A stretch of DNA of 63,662 nucleotides, counting the filler, from Reclinomonas americana ATCC 50394 (lineage: Eukaryota): NCBI GenBank assembly GCA_048213135.1. It is 7 parts of 6 records of this genome, joined end to end, with 100 filler letters (N's around TTAATTAATTAA, not from the genome) between each part and the next. Parts side by side here need not be neighbours in the genome. Positions count along the whole stretch, not along the records: positions 1 to 23,496 come from AFZH01015698.1; 6 more parts are not named here. One strand, given 5' to 3'. The translations under genes and the position numbers were made by a program. A model generated the notes under the pieces. The model made no database searches. It was not told the DNA's origin and worked only from the letters and a program-made list of their open reading frames with translations. Positions 1-13,431 of the stretch are shown here, piece after piece (the stretch's first letter is position 1; the number at the start of each line of letters is the position of its first letter).

Positions 1-1755
1 GACGACGCCTCCGACAATGACGACGACGATGATGATGATGATGATGATGACGACGACGAAAGCGAGAGTGATGGGGATTCCATGGGCGGCGACAGCGGCA
101 ACGACAAGGACGGCAACAGCGATGATGACGACGAGGACATCGACAATCGCAGCAGCAGCAGCAAGAGCAACGAACTGGTGGTGCCGTTGCCGGGCAAGGC
201 GCGTCGTCGGCGAGTGATGGAGGACGATGATGAGGAAGACGACAGGATGGTGGAGGAGGCAGAGGAGGACGACGGAGTGTCGGTGCGGCATTGAGTGTCC
301 TGCATTCTGCGTTTTGTCGGCATGACGCTCATTGATCACTGTTTTTGCTTGGGTCTGCGCGCAGATGGGCTCGTTCGTGGTACCGGACGATGCTGACGAC
401 GGTGGCAAGAAGGGGAAGAAGAACAAGAAGAAGGCCGACGACAAGCTGAAGGCGGCCGAGAAACGCAAGCAGCAGAAGCTGACGGCACTGCTGAAGCCGA
501 AGCGCTCCAAGAAGGAGGCAGCTGCACGTGCACTGCTGGCCACCAATGTCACCATTCCGGTGCACTGGAATCTTGCCTCGGCGCTGCCGAGTGACGTGCG
601 GGTTCGTTATATACATGTGTGTGTCGCTTGTCACCTGGTACACTCACGTCGCGCGACACAGAAACAATTCGAGGAGATTGTGGCGACGTATATTCTCGAA
701 GTGTCGCGAATCAACACGCGCTACCCAGAGTCCGAACATGCTGTGCGCATCCGCAACTACTTTGACAAGTGCGTTTGCATGCGCTGGAGAGGAACTGGTT
801 GTGGTTTGTGTGTGTGTGTATACTGACGTCGTGTCACGCAGTGTCATGGCGCCGCGACTGCTGGATCTCGTACCGCGCATTCAGATGCACGCGCAGAAGC
901 TACACATGGAAAACTACAAGCCTGGTGCGTTGCATCTATCCTGTGTGTGCATCTAGCTGACGTGCTCATATCCTGAATGACAATTGCAGAGGCCGACACG
1001 GTTCCGTACTCACAAGTGGCTCTCGAGTTTGTCAAGTGTGTCTGTCACGTGCTTTCGCTCGACAAGGATGTGGCTGGCTCTGTTCTGCGTGTGCGCAAGG
1101 TATGCCCGTGGCCGTCTGTGGTCAATCGATCAAAGTGATCTCTTCTCATCAGTCACGTGCAGAACATGTTGAAACTGCTGCGTGTGCGCGATTTCGACAG
1201 GTTTGCACTCATCAACCATGCGCACCGTCCTCCCTTCCCTAATGCCTTCTCTCTCCCCTGGCAGTGCTGCCGAGTTCCGTGAGCGTACGGGCTCGTTTGT
1301 GCTCCCGGATGTCATTTGTCGCTACTGCAACTACTTTGGCGACTTGGACATTCTGCGCGACGATACCATTGTCTCGGTGGAGCCGGGCGAGTCGTGGCGT
1401 TGCCCGCAATGCGATCAACAGTTGTGTTGCCATACAGCTTGCGTGTTCACTTGCTCGCATCGTGCTGATTCGTTGCTGTTGCAGGTACGATCGTTCACAA
1501 CTGGAGCACATGTTGGTTGGCATGGCGCGCGACCTGGTCAGCGCGTACCAGGTGCAGGACCTGAAATGCTTGCGGTGCCGCAAAGTCAAGGACACTGGCC
1601 AGGCGGCATACTGCACGTGTTCTGGCGGCTTCCGCTGTCTGTGCGAGCCTGACGCTTGCCGCATGTCGCTGCACACCATGCTGTCGATTGCACAGCGGCA
1701 TCGCTTCGACTGGTTGCAGGAGACGGTGGAGTTTGCAATTCAACAATTTGTGTAA
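1..1755 (+). CDS. POLE: DNA polymerase epsilon catalytic subunit, C-terminal part (5' truncated, 7 introns)
   Basis: The spliced product reads ALEFVKCVCHVLSLD...KNMLKLLRVRDF...FVLPDVICRYC...CPQC...YQVQDLKCLRC...CTCSGGF...FDWLQE, matching the CysA/CysB zinc motifs of Pol epsilon. Stop TAA at 1753-1755. Confidence 0.93.
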
Positions 1756-1851
1756 TCATAGAGAGAGAGAATAGGCGGGGGGGAGAAGCAATGCTTAACC
1801 ACAGTAACTAGTAAGATGTTTGTTGTTTAAATACACTCTATATGCAAATGT

Positions 1852-4800
1852 TTATGCAATTTTCTTGGGCGACTGCACATCATCAGCCGTCTCCTCGGCT
1901 GGAATGGCGAGCGGAACGAGCGAGGTGGAGCGGTAGTCGTTCTCATTCGATACCATTTCATATTCGACACGGTACAGATTCCATTGCGCACGTCTGCGAT
2001 CACGAGCGGGGATATGACAACGGCGCGCACACGCGCAGGACAGGCAAAGACACGCAGTACGTACCGACTGAGTTCAACAGCCGCCAACGCCGCCAAAAAG
2101 TAGTCTTCCGGCAGCAGCTCGATCTGCGAACAACGTATGAGCCACTCTCCATACATCGCAACTGCGACCACCAACAAACACACACACCTGCGTAATGGTA
2201 ATGGCCCAAGCGCAGCGGAAGAAAAAGTTGACCACCTGCACAACAAAAGTGAGTGCCGAGGTAAGCGCCTGCATATGTGTGCACACCATTTTTTGCTCAC
2301 CATTGCAACGTAGTACACAGCCGTCCACTTGTACAACAGATCATGGCGCAGCAACGGGGAGGCCGCCTTCTTCCGCCACAAACCCCAATCCTGCGCGCAG
2401 ACGCAACGTCAGTGACATGGACACGCACATACACAAAAACGTGCGCGACTTCACAGCACCATGGTGACATCCCACGAATAGGCGTACAGCGACGACATGA
2501 TAACCAGACAAATCCATATGATGCGGAAGGCGTCCCACGGTTCGTCGGGAGCTGGAACGTGGGTGAGCTAGATAGACGACAAGACACACAAGACACACAC
2601 GCACACACGCACATCCCAGCGTCGAGTGCAAGGTAGAAAACAGAATCACGGTGATGGCCGACATGTACTTGCCCGCGTTGACCAAGTGCAATTTGTTTCG
2701 CGTCTCAAAGTACTTGCGCAGGCATTGCATCAACCTGATCGCCAGTCCACAGTGAGCACCACTGTAACTGCACACACCAACAAGGGGAGAGATTCGCACC
2801 TCCACAAAAACGGCAGGAATGCCAACATGGGTCCGCCGTACTTGTTGATTCGTTTGCACTGACGATCGCCTGCAGAGATATCACTCTTCTTGAGCTGCAC
2901 GCTCTTCTCATCATTTCCCTCGCATCGTACCTTGATTCTTCCAGTTGCTGCTAATATAGAAGCAGAGTGTGTATTGCAAGTCCTGCAACGGGACGACCAT
3001 GCTGCGTGTGTGTTTGTGAGTGCCACATGCAACACTTGACAACGTTGTCATTCCATTCAGCAAACCTGGTCAACGAATCGGCGATGAATGTGGCGCGGAA
3101 GTTCTGTGACACACTAAGAATTCAGCGTCCGTTAAGCGGTGTTGTACGCACGGACAGCGAGGCACGAAACAACAATGCTAAAGGGCGTGATGAGCAGGCG
3201 TCCGAGTGACGTCAACAGGGACCAGCGAGTGGTCCACGGCAGGAACGGGAGCGGCAGGCACACAAAGAGCACGACCGTCAACACCAGGGCCAGCGGATAC
3301 ACACTCGTGTTACTGACGTCGAACGGGTCGTACAGATTGTGTGCGGCGCCAATGTACAAGCAGGCGTACAGTAGCCAAACAAAAGTGAGCACACCAGCGG
3401 CCTGCCCAGAGAAACACACAAGAAGAGTGAGAAATGCGCCGACACCTCTTTTTGACAACAACCCACACACACGGCGGCGTGCACCTTGAATGCCTCGAGC
3501 CAACTTAATGTGCGCCGCGGATCAAAATCAAGCAAGTAGACGTGATTGATGTTGTTGCGCGTCCAAATGAGCAAGTCGAAACCGTAGAACCACAAGTAGA
3601 GGATGAAGAGGCCCACAAAACGGAAAATCGGCGCCACCGCCTTCGGATCGTTCAGTTTGGAGTGGTGGTCCGGCGGGTGCGACACACCATACATGAACGC
3701 CAGCGCAATGGCCAACGTCAAGTTGATACCCAACGAGAAGGCCAGCACAAAAGTGTCCCAGTGCGTGAATAGCACACGCGGTGTGCGTAACACCGACAGC
3801 GCAGCCGCATGATTGCCACCCTTGAAAATGACCGAGTATTGCTCCTCAATCTCCCGCAGCAGCTCATTGACTTGCTCACCACGCAACGCCGGACTGCCGC
3901 GCAATCTGTGCAACGCTGCCTTGCTCTTGTGCACAATGTCGTGCGCGATCCTAATGTCACTCGACTCGTGCGCAGCGTGCAACTTGGCCAAGTCGCCTTT
4001 GCGAGTCCGTCTGGAGGCGAACAGGGTGTCGCAGTTGAATCACCGCTGCTACTGTCGCAGAAATAAAGGACATGGAAGCGACAACGCAACTGACTCCGAT
4101 GCGGTCGAATCGAGTACGAGCGATGACGCTCCCGATAGTTGGCGTCCGTTGTTTGCGCGAGCTGCTGGTACGAATCGTCAACACGAACGGCCGACAGACC
4201 GACAGCCGATGTGGACCGCCGCACGCCACCGCCACTGCCACCAACACTGCATGTACACGGAAGAATACTGAGCTGGCTGGATGGCATGCGGTAAACACAC
4301 ACATACACACGGCGCGTACCCCAATGATCGGCCGGCAGCGGCTGTTGTGTCACCATCACTTGCGCCCTGCGCAGTTGGGATGAGGACGTGAGTGCGACAG
4401 CGGGAGTGCATACATACTTTGCGCAAGCAACGAGCGTTTCGCAACTGCTGCTGCAGGCGTGACAGCGTGAGAGAGAAGTGGCGCCAAGTCGCTGGATGTG
4501 CCGGGACTGTGGCGACCAAACATGTCGGCAGATTCCGGTGCAGAGCCACTCGTCACCATTGGGACAGCGGCTGGGGAAAGTGATTTTCAGATGTGCCTCC
4601 AGGAATACAATGAGCACAGGCACAGGTACAGGACGCACAGAGTAGAGAGCTCGAGATGGCTATTGGTGGCGAGCGTTTCGGTTCGAATTGACGTGCAGGG
4701 GCTGGAGTGACCGGCGCCACACGGGGCGTCAGCACATCGAGGTCGTCGGTGGACGGCAAGACATCATCGTGCCCATCGTCGTCGGCAATCTCACTGTCCT

Positions 4801-6417
4801 CGTCGACATCGCCCAGCTCATCGTCGTCATCATCATCCTCCAGCAACAGTGTCTTGGCGAGTCGTTCACTCTCGCTGAGTGCCGCCGCCTGGATGCAGAG
4901 GTCAGGCGGCAGGTGGAAGAAAGAACAACAGCGATGCATGGAAAGAGTACCTGCGCTGCTGTGAGCTGCGGTGCCTGCTTGGCTGGCTTCGCCTTCTTCT
5001 TTTTCGGCTTGCGTGCCTTGCTCTTGTCTTTTCTTTCGCCCACCAGGGAACTCGTCTCGCTGCCCGAGTCGGTGGAGGTGGCCGACGAGTTGACGCTCGA
5101 CATTGGCCGTGTGTTAACTGCCAGGCGATGAGAGAAGGGGCGGGGGGAAGATATGCAAGTGAGCGACGCATCAATGTGTGTACGACGACAAGAAGCGACG
5201 ACTTACCCAAAGTCACGCGTGTACACAAGGCGGCGGCCGCGCGCGACACAGTTTTCACCATCTTCTTGGTGATCTTGACCACGGCGAGCTTGTTGATGGT
5301 GAGAAAACTCTGCAGCTGCTCGGCATCGCGGTACAGGCGAATGTAATCGGATTTGATCAGTGCACGCTGCGATGCCGACGATCGATCCAGCTGCGCGCCA
5401 CGACTCAGCAGGGAGAATATGATGAATCAGGTGAGAAGAGCACGTGACACACGCACCGATTCAGCTTCTGTCTTTAGCCGACGCGAACGCTCCAGAATGC
5501 CGGCACATCGCTCCTCACAAAAGTGCTGAATCTTGACAATCTCCGCGTCCAGCGCCGCAATGAACGCATCGTGCACACGCCGCAGCAACCAGAATCGCTC
5601 CTCCTCCTGGCACAACAGCAACAGCAAGAAGGTGAGAACCGTATGCAGGGGAACCGAGCAGACACGCGTGTAACGGAACTGTGCCACCGCCAACTCCGTC
5701 ACTCGACACCGGTACATCCTGCAATCAGTGGCTGCATGTGAATCGACTGGGATGGAAGCACATGCACACGCACACATCTACAGTTACCTCCTCCACTTCC
5801 ACCATTTCCACACGCACTCGCCGCTGTGGCACGTCACCAGCGCCTCCAGCAGCAGCAGCAGCAGAGCTCGATCCCGTCGACCCGTATCCCGTCGCCCGAG
5901 GCGACGACGGCTGCGATGAGCGATCACGCGATCGCGCAGCGCCTCCGCGCTGTGAGGAGACTTGTGGAACCTGAGCGCGCGGCGAGGTGGCATCCAAAAA
6001 GCGCAAGAGCTCCCGTTTCAGGCCTTTGTAGTTGACATAGTACGAGCGCCATTCCTTTGGTCACGGGGGAGGAGTGATCGAATAAGCGAATCTGTCAATG
6101 CGCGCCCACAGCGTGTGTGCATGTGTGTGTGTGTGTGTGTGCTTGTGTACTCGGAGAGTGGAGGGGTGCCAGCGAAAGGCAGTGGGCGATGTGTGTGAGA
6201 GAGAGAGGGTAAGTGTGTGTGTGCGCGCGCGCCATGCCGTGCCACTCACCCGATGAAGCAACGAATGATGCGCCAGGTACTGCACATGCACCACACACAA
6301 ACACACGCACACACACAAACGCAGACGCACAGAGAGAGAAAGCACAGTTCAGCAAACTGATATGCGATTCATGCTCAAACACACACGAGACATCGCCAAC
6401 ACCTTGCCAAAGCGCAT
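1852..6417 (-). CDS. XPR1: SPX-EXS domain phosphate exporter (XPR1/SYG1/PHO1 family), about 21 introns
   Basis: The spliced N-terminus is MRFGK|YLAHHSLLHR|EWRSYYVNYKGLK (SPX), with lysine cluster KITKKMVK. EXS motifs are INHVYLLDFDPR, FIADSLTS, RLMQCLRKY, HLVNAGKY, WDVTMDWGL and RRAQWNLYRVEYE. Confidence 0.9.
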
Positions 6418-6644
6418 TCTCCGTGTGCCTCCTTACACGCACTCTCTTGCACACACGAGTGAGTGAGAGAGCGCCACTCACAAAACACGGCAAACGCGAC
6501 ACACGAGTCACTTTGTCCCGGCATGACAACTTCCGCCTTCCCTTTACTTCGTCTTTGAAGAAAACGCTGTCACCGTGCTTGACTCTCTGAGCGAGTGAGG
6601 AACAAAAGTCGTGCGCACCCTTGATTCGATCAATCATCATCATT

Positions 6645-8396
6645 ATGGAGTTGCACTTGTGCAAGACTGTGCTGAACACACTGGGCAAGGACCCGGCCTA
6701 CATTCTGGCCGCGCGGTTGCTTCCACCAGCAGTTGCGCTGACACACGCACGCACGCACGCGCACCGGCTTTCCGCACACTTTCACACACTTTTCGCACAC
6801 TCTTCCCCCCGTCGACTTCACTGACTTTCGCGCACGCAGGGCTCACGCTCACACGCGCTGCTGGCCGTGGCCAACTCGGACTTTGCCATCAAGCTGTACT
6901 CGCTGCCGGGCCTCGCGTTTGTAGGTGCGTGTTGTTGTTGTTGTTGTTGCTGCTCGTGCAGATGCGCATGTGCATCACCAGACACAAACACACTCACAGG
7001 CACTCTGGCGGGTCACTCGGGTCGCATTCAGGACCTGGCCTGGGTGCCTTCCAGTGGCCACCTCGTCTCCTGCTCCGACGATGGCAGTGTTGCTGTGTGG
7101 GATGTGGAGGCACTCAAGTCCGCAGTGGTCTTCAATGACTGTTTCGTGCCTCACACTCTCTAGCGTGTGTGTGCCTCGCTGCACGCCTCTCACATACATG
7201 AGTGCAGTGCCTGGAGGTGAAAAGTACTCGGTGTCTGTCAACGCCGAGGGCACACTGATGGCGTGCGGCTGCGAGTCTGCAGTCTATGTCGTGTTGCGTC
7301 TTGTCTGTGGTGCTTCCTTGTCATTCGTGCGCGCGCATTCCGCTGAGTGGAGCGCAGTGATGCAGCGTCGGGTGAGGTGGTGCGGCGATACGAAGATGTG
7401 CATCAGCACGATGTCACGCAGGTGCGCTTCCACCCGGTGAATACGCACATGTTGTACGCGGGTGACTCGGACGGTCTCGTGTGTGTCTACGATGTGCGGG
7501 AGGAGGATGATGATGAGGCGTTGATGTCGAGTTGCGTGCACTCTTGGCGGCCGCAAGTTGAGCTTGCTGCTCACCTGGCACTGCGGGGGCAGCCATGAAT
7601 CCCGAGGACCCGGTGCAGAGCTTGTCGTTCTTTGGTACCGACGGCGTGCTCATGTGCTGCACGTCGGGCACGCAGACGTTTAGTGTGTGGACGTTGGACA
7701 CGGTACGTAAGGCAGCCGTCGGCGCTTGCCTGCCGAGTTGTGCTCATTGGTGGGGGGTATGCGTGAGCAGGAAGATCGTCTGTACGAGGCCTCTGCGCTG
7801 CGAGACGAGGTGTCGGAGAAGGCGGGTGGCGTGCCCGTCAGCTACATTGTGGACTGCTTCGGTACGCCGGGCTCGGACGAGTTGTTGGTGGTGTGCGGTG
7901 ACGACAGGTGCGGCGAGGTGCTGCACGAGGTCTTTTGTGTTCGCGTGTTTTTCCTGACTCATTGTGTCTGCAGCGGAAATGTCGTGCTTTCATCGCTGGC
8001 GCACGACGAGTTGAGCGTGCTCACTGTGATCAAGGGCCACGCGAGCGTCGTACGCAGTGCTGTGTGGGAGTCTCAAGTTGCGTGTGTCACCAAGAAAACG
8101 TCGACTTGCGCGATCCGTACGTCTCACCCCCAGCATCGCTGCACAGAGCGGGGTACTGATTACGGGTGGTGAGGACTCTCGATTGTGCATGTGGTCACGC
8201 GATCCGCCAGCTGCCGACGCCGACAGCGGCAGTCATCCAGTTTCGTAGTTGTCGCCTCTCTTATCGCGATCATGACATGCACTCACGCATATTGTGTTCT
8301 GGTTGTATTTGTGTGGCGACAAAAAAGATCAGAGGAGGCGACGTTCTCGCCCAGGTTAGCCAAGGCAGCAGCCCGTACGCGAGACCACCGAAATGA
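6645..8396 (+). CDS. WD40-repeat protein, WDR89-like (about 9 introns)
   Basis: Motifs GHSGRIQDLAW, SCSDDGSVAVWD, YEDVHQHDVTQVRFHP, GDSDGLVCVYD, GHASVVRS and LITGGEDSRLCMW. The last acceptor (AAG at 8327) is inferred. Confidence 0.75.
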
Positions 8397-8602
8397 AGAA
8401 AGTCCCCGTGTCCTCTACCATCGATCCGCCTCCATCGCAAACGCCTTTCCTCCCTCTTCCCACCCATCCACTTTCCACATCGCAGTCAACTTTCAAGAAA
8501 ACAGGTCTTGTCGTGTTTTCTTGGCTCGTGGTGTTGGTGATGTGAATGTGCACATAGGCGCCACACTCACACTTCCCCCCGCCTCCCCCGCACTCGCCTC
8601 AG

Positions 8603-9403
8603 ATGGCCTCGGCTTCCAAACCCACCGATGCACTCTCTGAGGAGCCCGCGGGCTTCGGCACTGTGGTGCGCAGTGTGGCTGTGAGTGAGTCCGCTGCAGC
8701 AGCAGCTGCTGCTGCTGCTGCTTCAGCAGAAGGTGCCTCTGCGTCCGCACCTGCCGCAGCTGCCTCGCCAGTCGCCGACGACGATATGGATGATGATGAC
8801 CTCATTCCTCTGGAGGATCGCAAGACTGCAGCATGGGTGGCCTCACTCGTGCAAGAGGAAATGGTTCAATCGCTGTCTCTCTGCCTGTGACGTTTCCGAT
8901 GCTGATCGTGCGATGCAGGAGCGACTGAATGCCATGGATCAGAGCATTGTACCGGTACGCGTACGCAACATGGGCATTGTGCGTGAGAATCGACCGAGTG
9001 GCGCCCCGCACCGCGTGAATCGAGTCGAGTTTGAGACGGCGTTCGACTTTGACCGCGGTGAGTGTCTTTCCCCCCATAAGCTCATGTCTCGATCCTGTGG
9101 GTGTGACATGGGGTTTTCTCGTCCGCGCAGTGTCGCAAGTGCTGGTGTCGGAGGCACGGCCGTGTCCGCACAAGAACAAGTATTTCTACGTCAATGTGGT
9201 GCTGCTGGGCGACAAGGTGCCGGTGCCGTTGCTGTTTGGCTACATTTTCAAGGCCGACAAGCACAACGATCTCAAGGAGTGGGTGTTTATCAACAACAAG
9301 GTGCGCGTGCATGTATGCAGTGCCTCTTGCTGGCGCGTTGTGTTGACCCATTCCATGCACACAGTTGGAACGCTCACGGCATCACATTGACGAATACAAG
9401 TGA
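8603..9403 (+). CDS. Hypothetical protein (4 exons; Ala-rich N-terminus, globular C-terminal domain)
   Basis: Three GT-AG introns restore one frame: VRVRNMGIV...VNRVEFETAFDFDR...FYVNVVLL...EWVFINNKLERSRHHIDEYK*. Confidence 0.7.
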
Positions 9404-9424
9404 TTCACTCGGTTTCTTTCTTGA

Positions 9425-12400
9425 TTATTCTCGCTCGTCGTCGCCCGCCTTTCTCCGCTTGCTGAGTTGCCACGTGGACACCATGTCGCTCCACTCGCGT
9501 TCACGCTTGCCGCAGAATTGTGCCGTACGCTGCACGTGCTCCGCTGCGTGATGCATGACCAGAAGCTCGAGATGCTCGTTCGGCGCCTCGTGGGCCACGT
9601 ACGTCACCACACTGGCGCTCTTCTCCGACGGAATCAGCTTTTCGTACTCCTGGAAGCGGGTGGTCTTGGCGAACACCTCGAAAGTGCGCAGCGAGTCCAC
9701 CACCTGCGCCCAGTGACGCTGCTCCAGCAGCAGGTGAAAAATCATCTGCAGGTGCGCAAACAGCGGCGCCTGCATGCAGCGGCAAGAGTGAGAACGATCA
9801 CTGTCACTACCCGCCGCCGGCATGCGCTACGTACTTGCTGCACCGGGTCGATGCGGAGGCCGGCGGTGTCGCGCAGGAAGCGTGACACGGACAGCGTGCA
9901 CCAATCCATCGAGTCCCACAGCTGCACGGTGCGCTCGAGGATCTTGACGAGGTCCACGCTACGCAGCGATGTGCACAGCCGGCTGCACACGTCCATGGCG
10001 TGACCGAATGACAGGCACATTTCGCGACCACGCTCCTGCGTATCCAAGGTAAGTGTGTGAGGCACACGAGCAGAGGACCAGGGTTGTTTCTCTCTCTCTC
10101 TCTCTCTCTCTCTTTGTGTGCTGCCTACCGGGTGCGACATTTCCTCCTCGCGGCGCACATCAATCCACGAGGTGGCGGCCGCACACAGCTCCGACACGAG
10201 AATCGGCATGAGGCCGGCTGTCGGTGTGACGCGCAACATGGCCGCCACACAGTCGAACAGGCCACATGCCACCGGCAGTGGCAAGCTGTGCACCTGGCGG
10301 AGCGGTTGCACCAGGCGCTGGAGAATGTGACTGCACTTGACCACAACCGCTTCCGGTAGTTTGCTTGGCAGGCACTCAACCACGAATCGCAGCGCGTGCA
10401 GATCAGCGTCACTGCCGCCGCACGAATCCAGCGCCGCCAGCACGTGCTCACGGCCAGCCGGCTGCAGCACGGGAAAGACAGCCTGCACGACCGTGGCGAT
10501 GCGATTGCGTATTTCCACGGCGCTCGGAACATCCACTCGCGTGCACAGACCCTGGCGCAAGGGAGCACGCATGTGAGCGTGAAGCTCGGCTGCACGTCTC
10601 GAGCGCTCATACCGTCTGCAACAGTCGCGATATCCACTCCGCCTGTGTGGCTTCGTCACACATGGCCAGAAACGCCGGCCACACGTAGCCGGCGAAAAAC
10701 GCATGACACCCAGCGTGCGGATGCGTCAACATACGCAGCAACAGCGACTCCACGGCCGCGTAAACGTCGGCTGTGCGCACAAATGTGTGAGGAAAGCGGG
10801 AGGCACTTGCACACACACCCAGAATAACCACTCACATGGTCTTTCCACAATCGACGACGGGAGGCCCCACACGGCATGCGGCGGCGATTCATCGGCGTAC
10901 ATGAGCGAGGCCACATCGCGTGTGCACAACGTGGCGAACATGCGCACCAGCGCCAGCCACATGGCCGCCGAGTCCAGCATCGCCACGGCTAAGGTTGTTG
11001 TCAACAGCAAAACGAGAGGGAGAAATATACACCAAGAACACCACGCCACACACACCACTCGATTCCGCGGCACTGCCACTACTGCCACTGCTGCGACGAG
11101 TGATTAGCTGCGACAGATTCTGGCTCAGGTACGAGTCGATGAGCAGCCGCTCAAAGATGCTGGAGGAGTCGTCGCTGCTCGGGAGCATGTGATTGAAGAG
11201 CAGCGAGAGACGCTCGTCGCGAGTGGGCTCGTTCAGCAGCACGGTGACCAGCAGTGCCAGTCGAGCGTGCGCCCAACTTGACAGCTGCAGTACTGTTGTC
11301 GAGAATGAGAAAAAAAACACCGCTCCTCTCTCTCCCTCTTCCGCGTACCTCGATCGGCGGGCACATTGACCGAATCGTCAAAGAGAATGGCGCGATGCAC
11401 CGAGAGGAGCATGGATGGATCGCCGGCACGCGCACTGTCGACCACCGCCGCCGCCAGGGCGTCGGCCGATTCGCAGAGTGGCTCGGAGAACTCGTTGCGG
11501 CGCGACGGAGTGAGACGCGAGGCCACCACGGCCCCGGCCAGCGACTTGAGCTGCACCACCAGCTCGATGATGCGCGGGTACGTGCTGGCCATGAGTCCAG
11601 CGACCGGACTCTGTGGCGAGCAGCGTTAGCGGGCTGTCGCCGTCACGTGCGCGTGGACACGGCGAAGGTACCTTGACGACTGCGGTGATGTTGCTGACAA
11701 AGAAGCGACACAGCTTGCAGAAACGCGACCACGTCTTGCTGTCGACCGCACCGTCCTTGCTGGCCTGTGTCGGAGAGCACACACAGTTGCGTCGTCAGCA
11801 GCAGCAAGTCTCGCGCTGCAACGGTGCTTCGCCATCTGTCTCCGCTGGCATCGCCCATCTCTCACTCCCCCGTACCCACTCTCTCGCTCACACGCCCGCC
11901 CACCCTCCCAACTCCCTCCCCTCCCACGCCTCCGTCTCACACATCCGGGAGTCTCACATGCCAGTGCGCACGGAGCGCTACCCAGCGGTGATCACAGGGG
12001 AGAGAAGAGACAGCAAGAAGGACGAGGGGAACGAGAACAAGAGAGAAGAAGACGAAGAGAAAGAGAAAGGCAGAATTCAGTTATTCTGGGGCCGCGCGTG
12101 CACCGCGATGACGATTGTCTCCTCACGTCACCCGGCCGCCTTTTACATCGACAACCCGTGGTGATAGAGAAAGAGGGAGGGTAATACAAAGAGATAGAGA
12201 GGAACGGGTGTTGATGGCGAAACATGACTGACCTGCACCGCCGCATCCAAGTTCTCGGCCGCCAGGTCGAGCAACACCTCCACCACCGCGCACACTGCGA
12301 CCATTGTTGGGCATAAGTAACGCTGTTGTCGACAAGTGAAGAATGCAGCCACGCAACAATCACGACAGCACGTCTCGTCGTGCGCAATGCCGTTGTCGCC

Positions 12401-13337
12401 GCTGACCGGCAACGCACACAGAACCTTGACAATGGCCTTCCACGCCGCGCTGGTCACTTTCAGGTCCTGGCTGGCACGACGAGCAAAGTTCGAAATGCGC
12501 AACGCCACTGCACAAAGAGCAAAGACGCGTGCGGGTTTGTGCGAATGCTACCAACCAACCAACAACATCTCGCGACGGAAAAAGCAACTGCTCAGCGCCC
12601 ACGGCGGCAGCACGGCGTGTCTGTGCAGAATGGTGCTACCGCCCATGGCCGGCACGCCTTGATACAAGGTGATGAACGACAAGGTGGCATTCTGCAGCTG
12701 CGCCAACACATCGCGACTCTGTGGCCATGGGCGCACGCACCATGAGTGGCAACACACCCAGCGGCACGCAGCAAGTCGCGCAACTCCTTCCACAGCTGAC
12801 ACAGTCTCCCACGCCACCAACGCCTGCGACAAGAAGCGCGACACGTGCGCCAGACAGTCGGCCGCCGAGGGAATAGCAGTGACAGGCGGAGCACAGGCGC
12901 CGGCCTCCATCAGCTTGTGACACCAGGCGACCAGGTCGGTGCAGAGTGAAACGATGCGCAGAGCCGTCTACACATTGCATCCATAAGGAGACAGCGACAC
13001 ACGGGCGCGCACAGAGAAACGCACGGGAAAGCCCACAGGTTGCATAATGTGCTGCAACAGATCGGCATTGGACGACAACTGCACGCACGGATTGATCAAT
13101 CAATGCACGCGCACAAGAGTGTAATAACGCACGCACCTCTGTAAGCGGCTTCTGTACACGTTCAAAGTAGGCGGCGCTTATCACCGCCTGATCCACCTCC
13201 GCATCAATGTCATCCAATCCATACACCGACGGCGACGAACCCGCCGCCGATTGCGATGAAAGTGCGGCGCGTGCACGCAGAAACGTCTCCACTCGCTCCA
13301 CACATGTCATGCACACAGTCAGCGACGACGAAGCCAT
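9425..13337 (-). CDS. FIRRM: FIRRM/C1orf112 (DUF4487, FIGNL1-interacting) homolog, about 13 introns
   Basis: Spliced motifs AAWKAIVKV, KLCRFFVSNI and IFHLLLEQRHWAQVVDSLRTFEVFAKTT resemble C1orf112. The start codon is inferred. Confidence 0.65.
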
Positions 13338-13431
13338 CGCGCACGAAGGGTTTGCGCTGACAAATGGCCACACACGCGACGAAAGTGACGTCAACCGCAC
13401 GTGATTGTCCTTGTTTTTTTCGCGCGCTCTC
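13338..13431. promoter_or_regulatory. Putative bidirectional promoter between FIRRM and PIBF1
   Basis: There are 94 bp between the divergent ATGs. The gap contains the palindromes TGACGTCA (13386-13393) and CACGTG (13398-13403). Confidence 0.45.
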
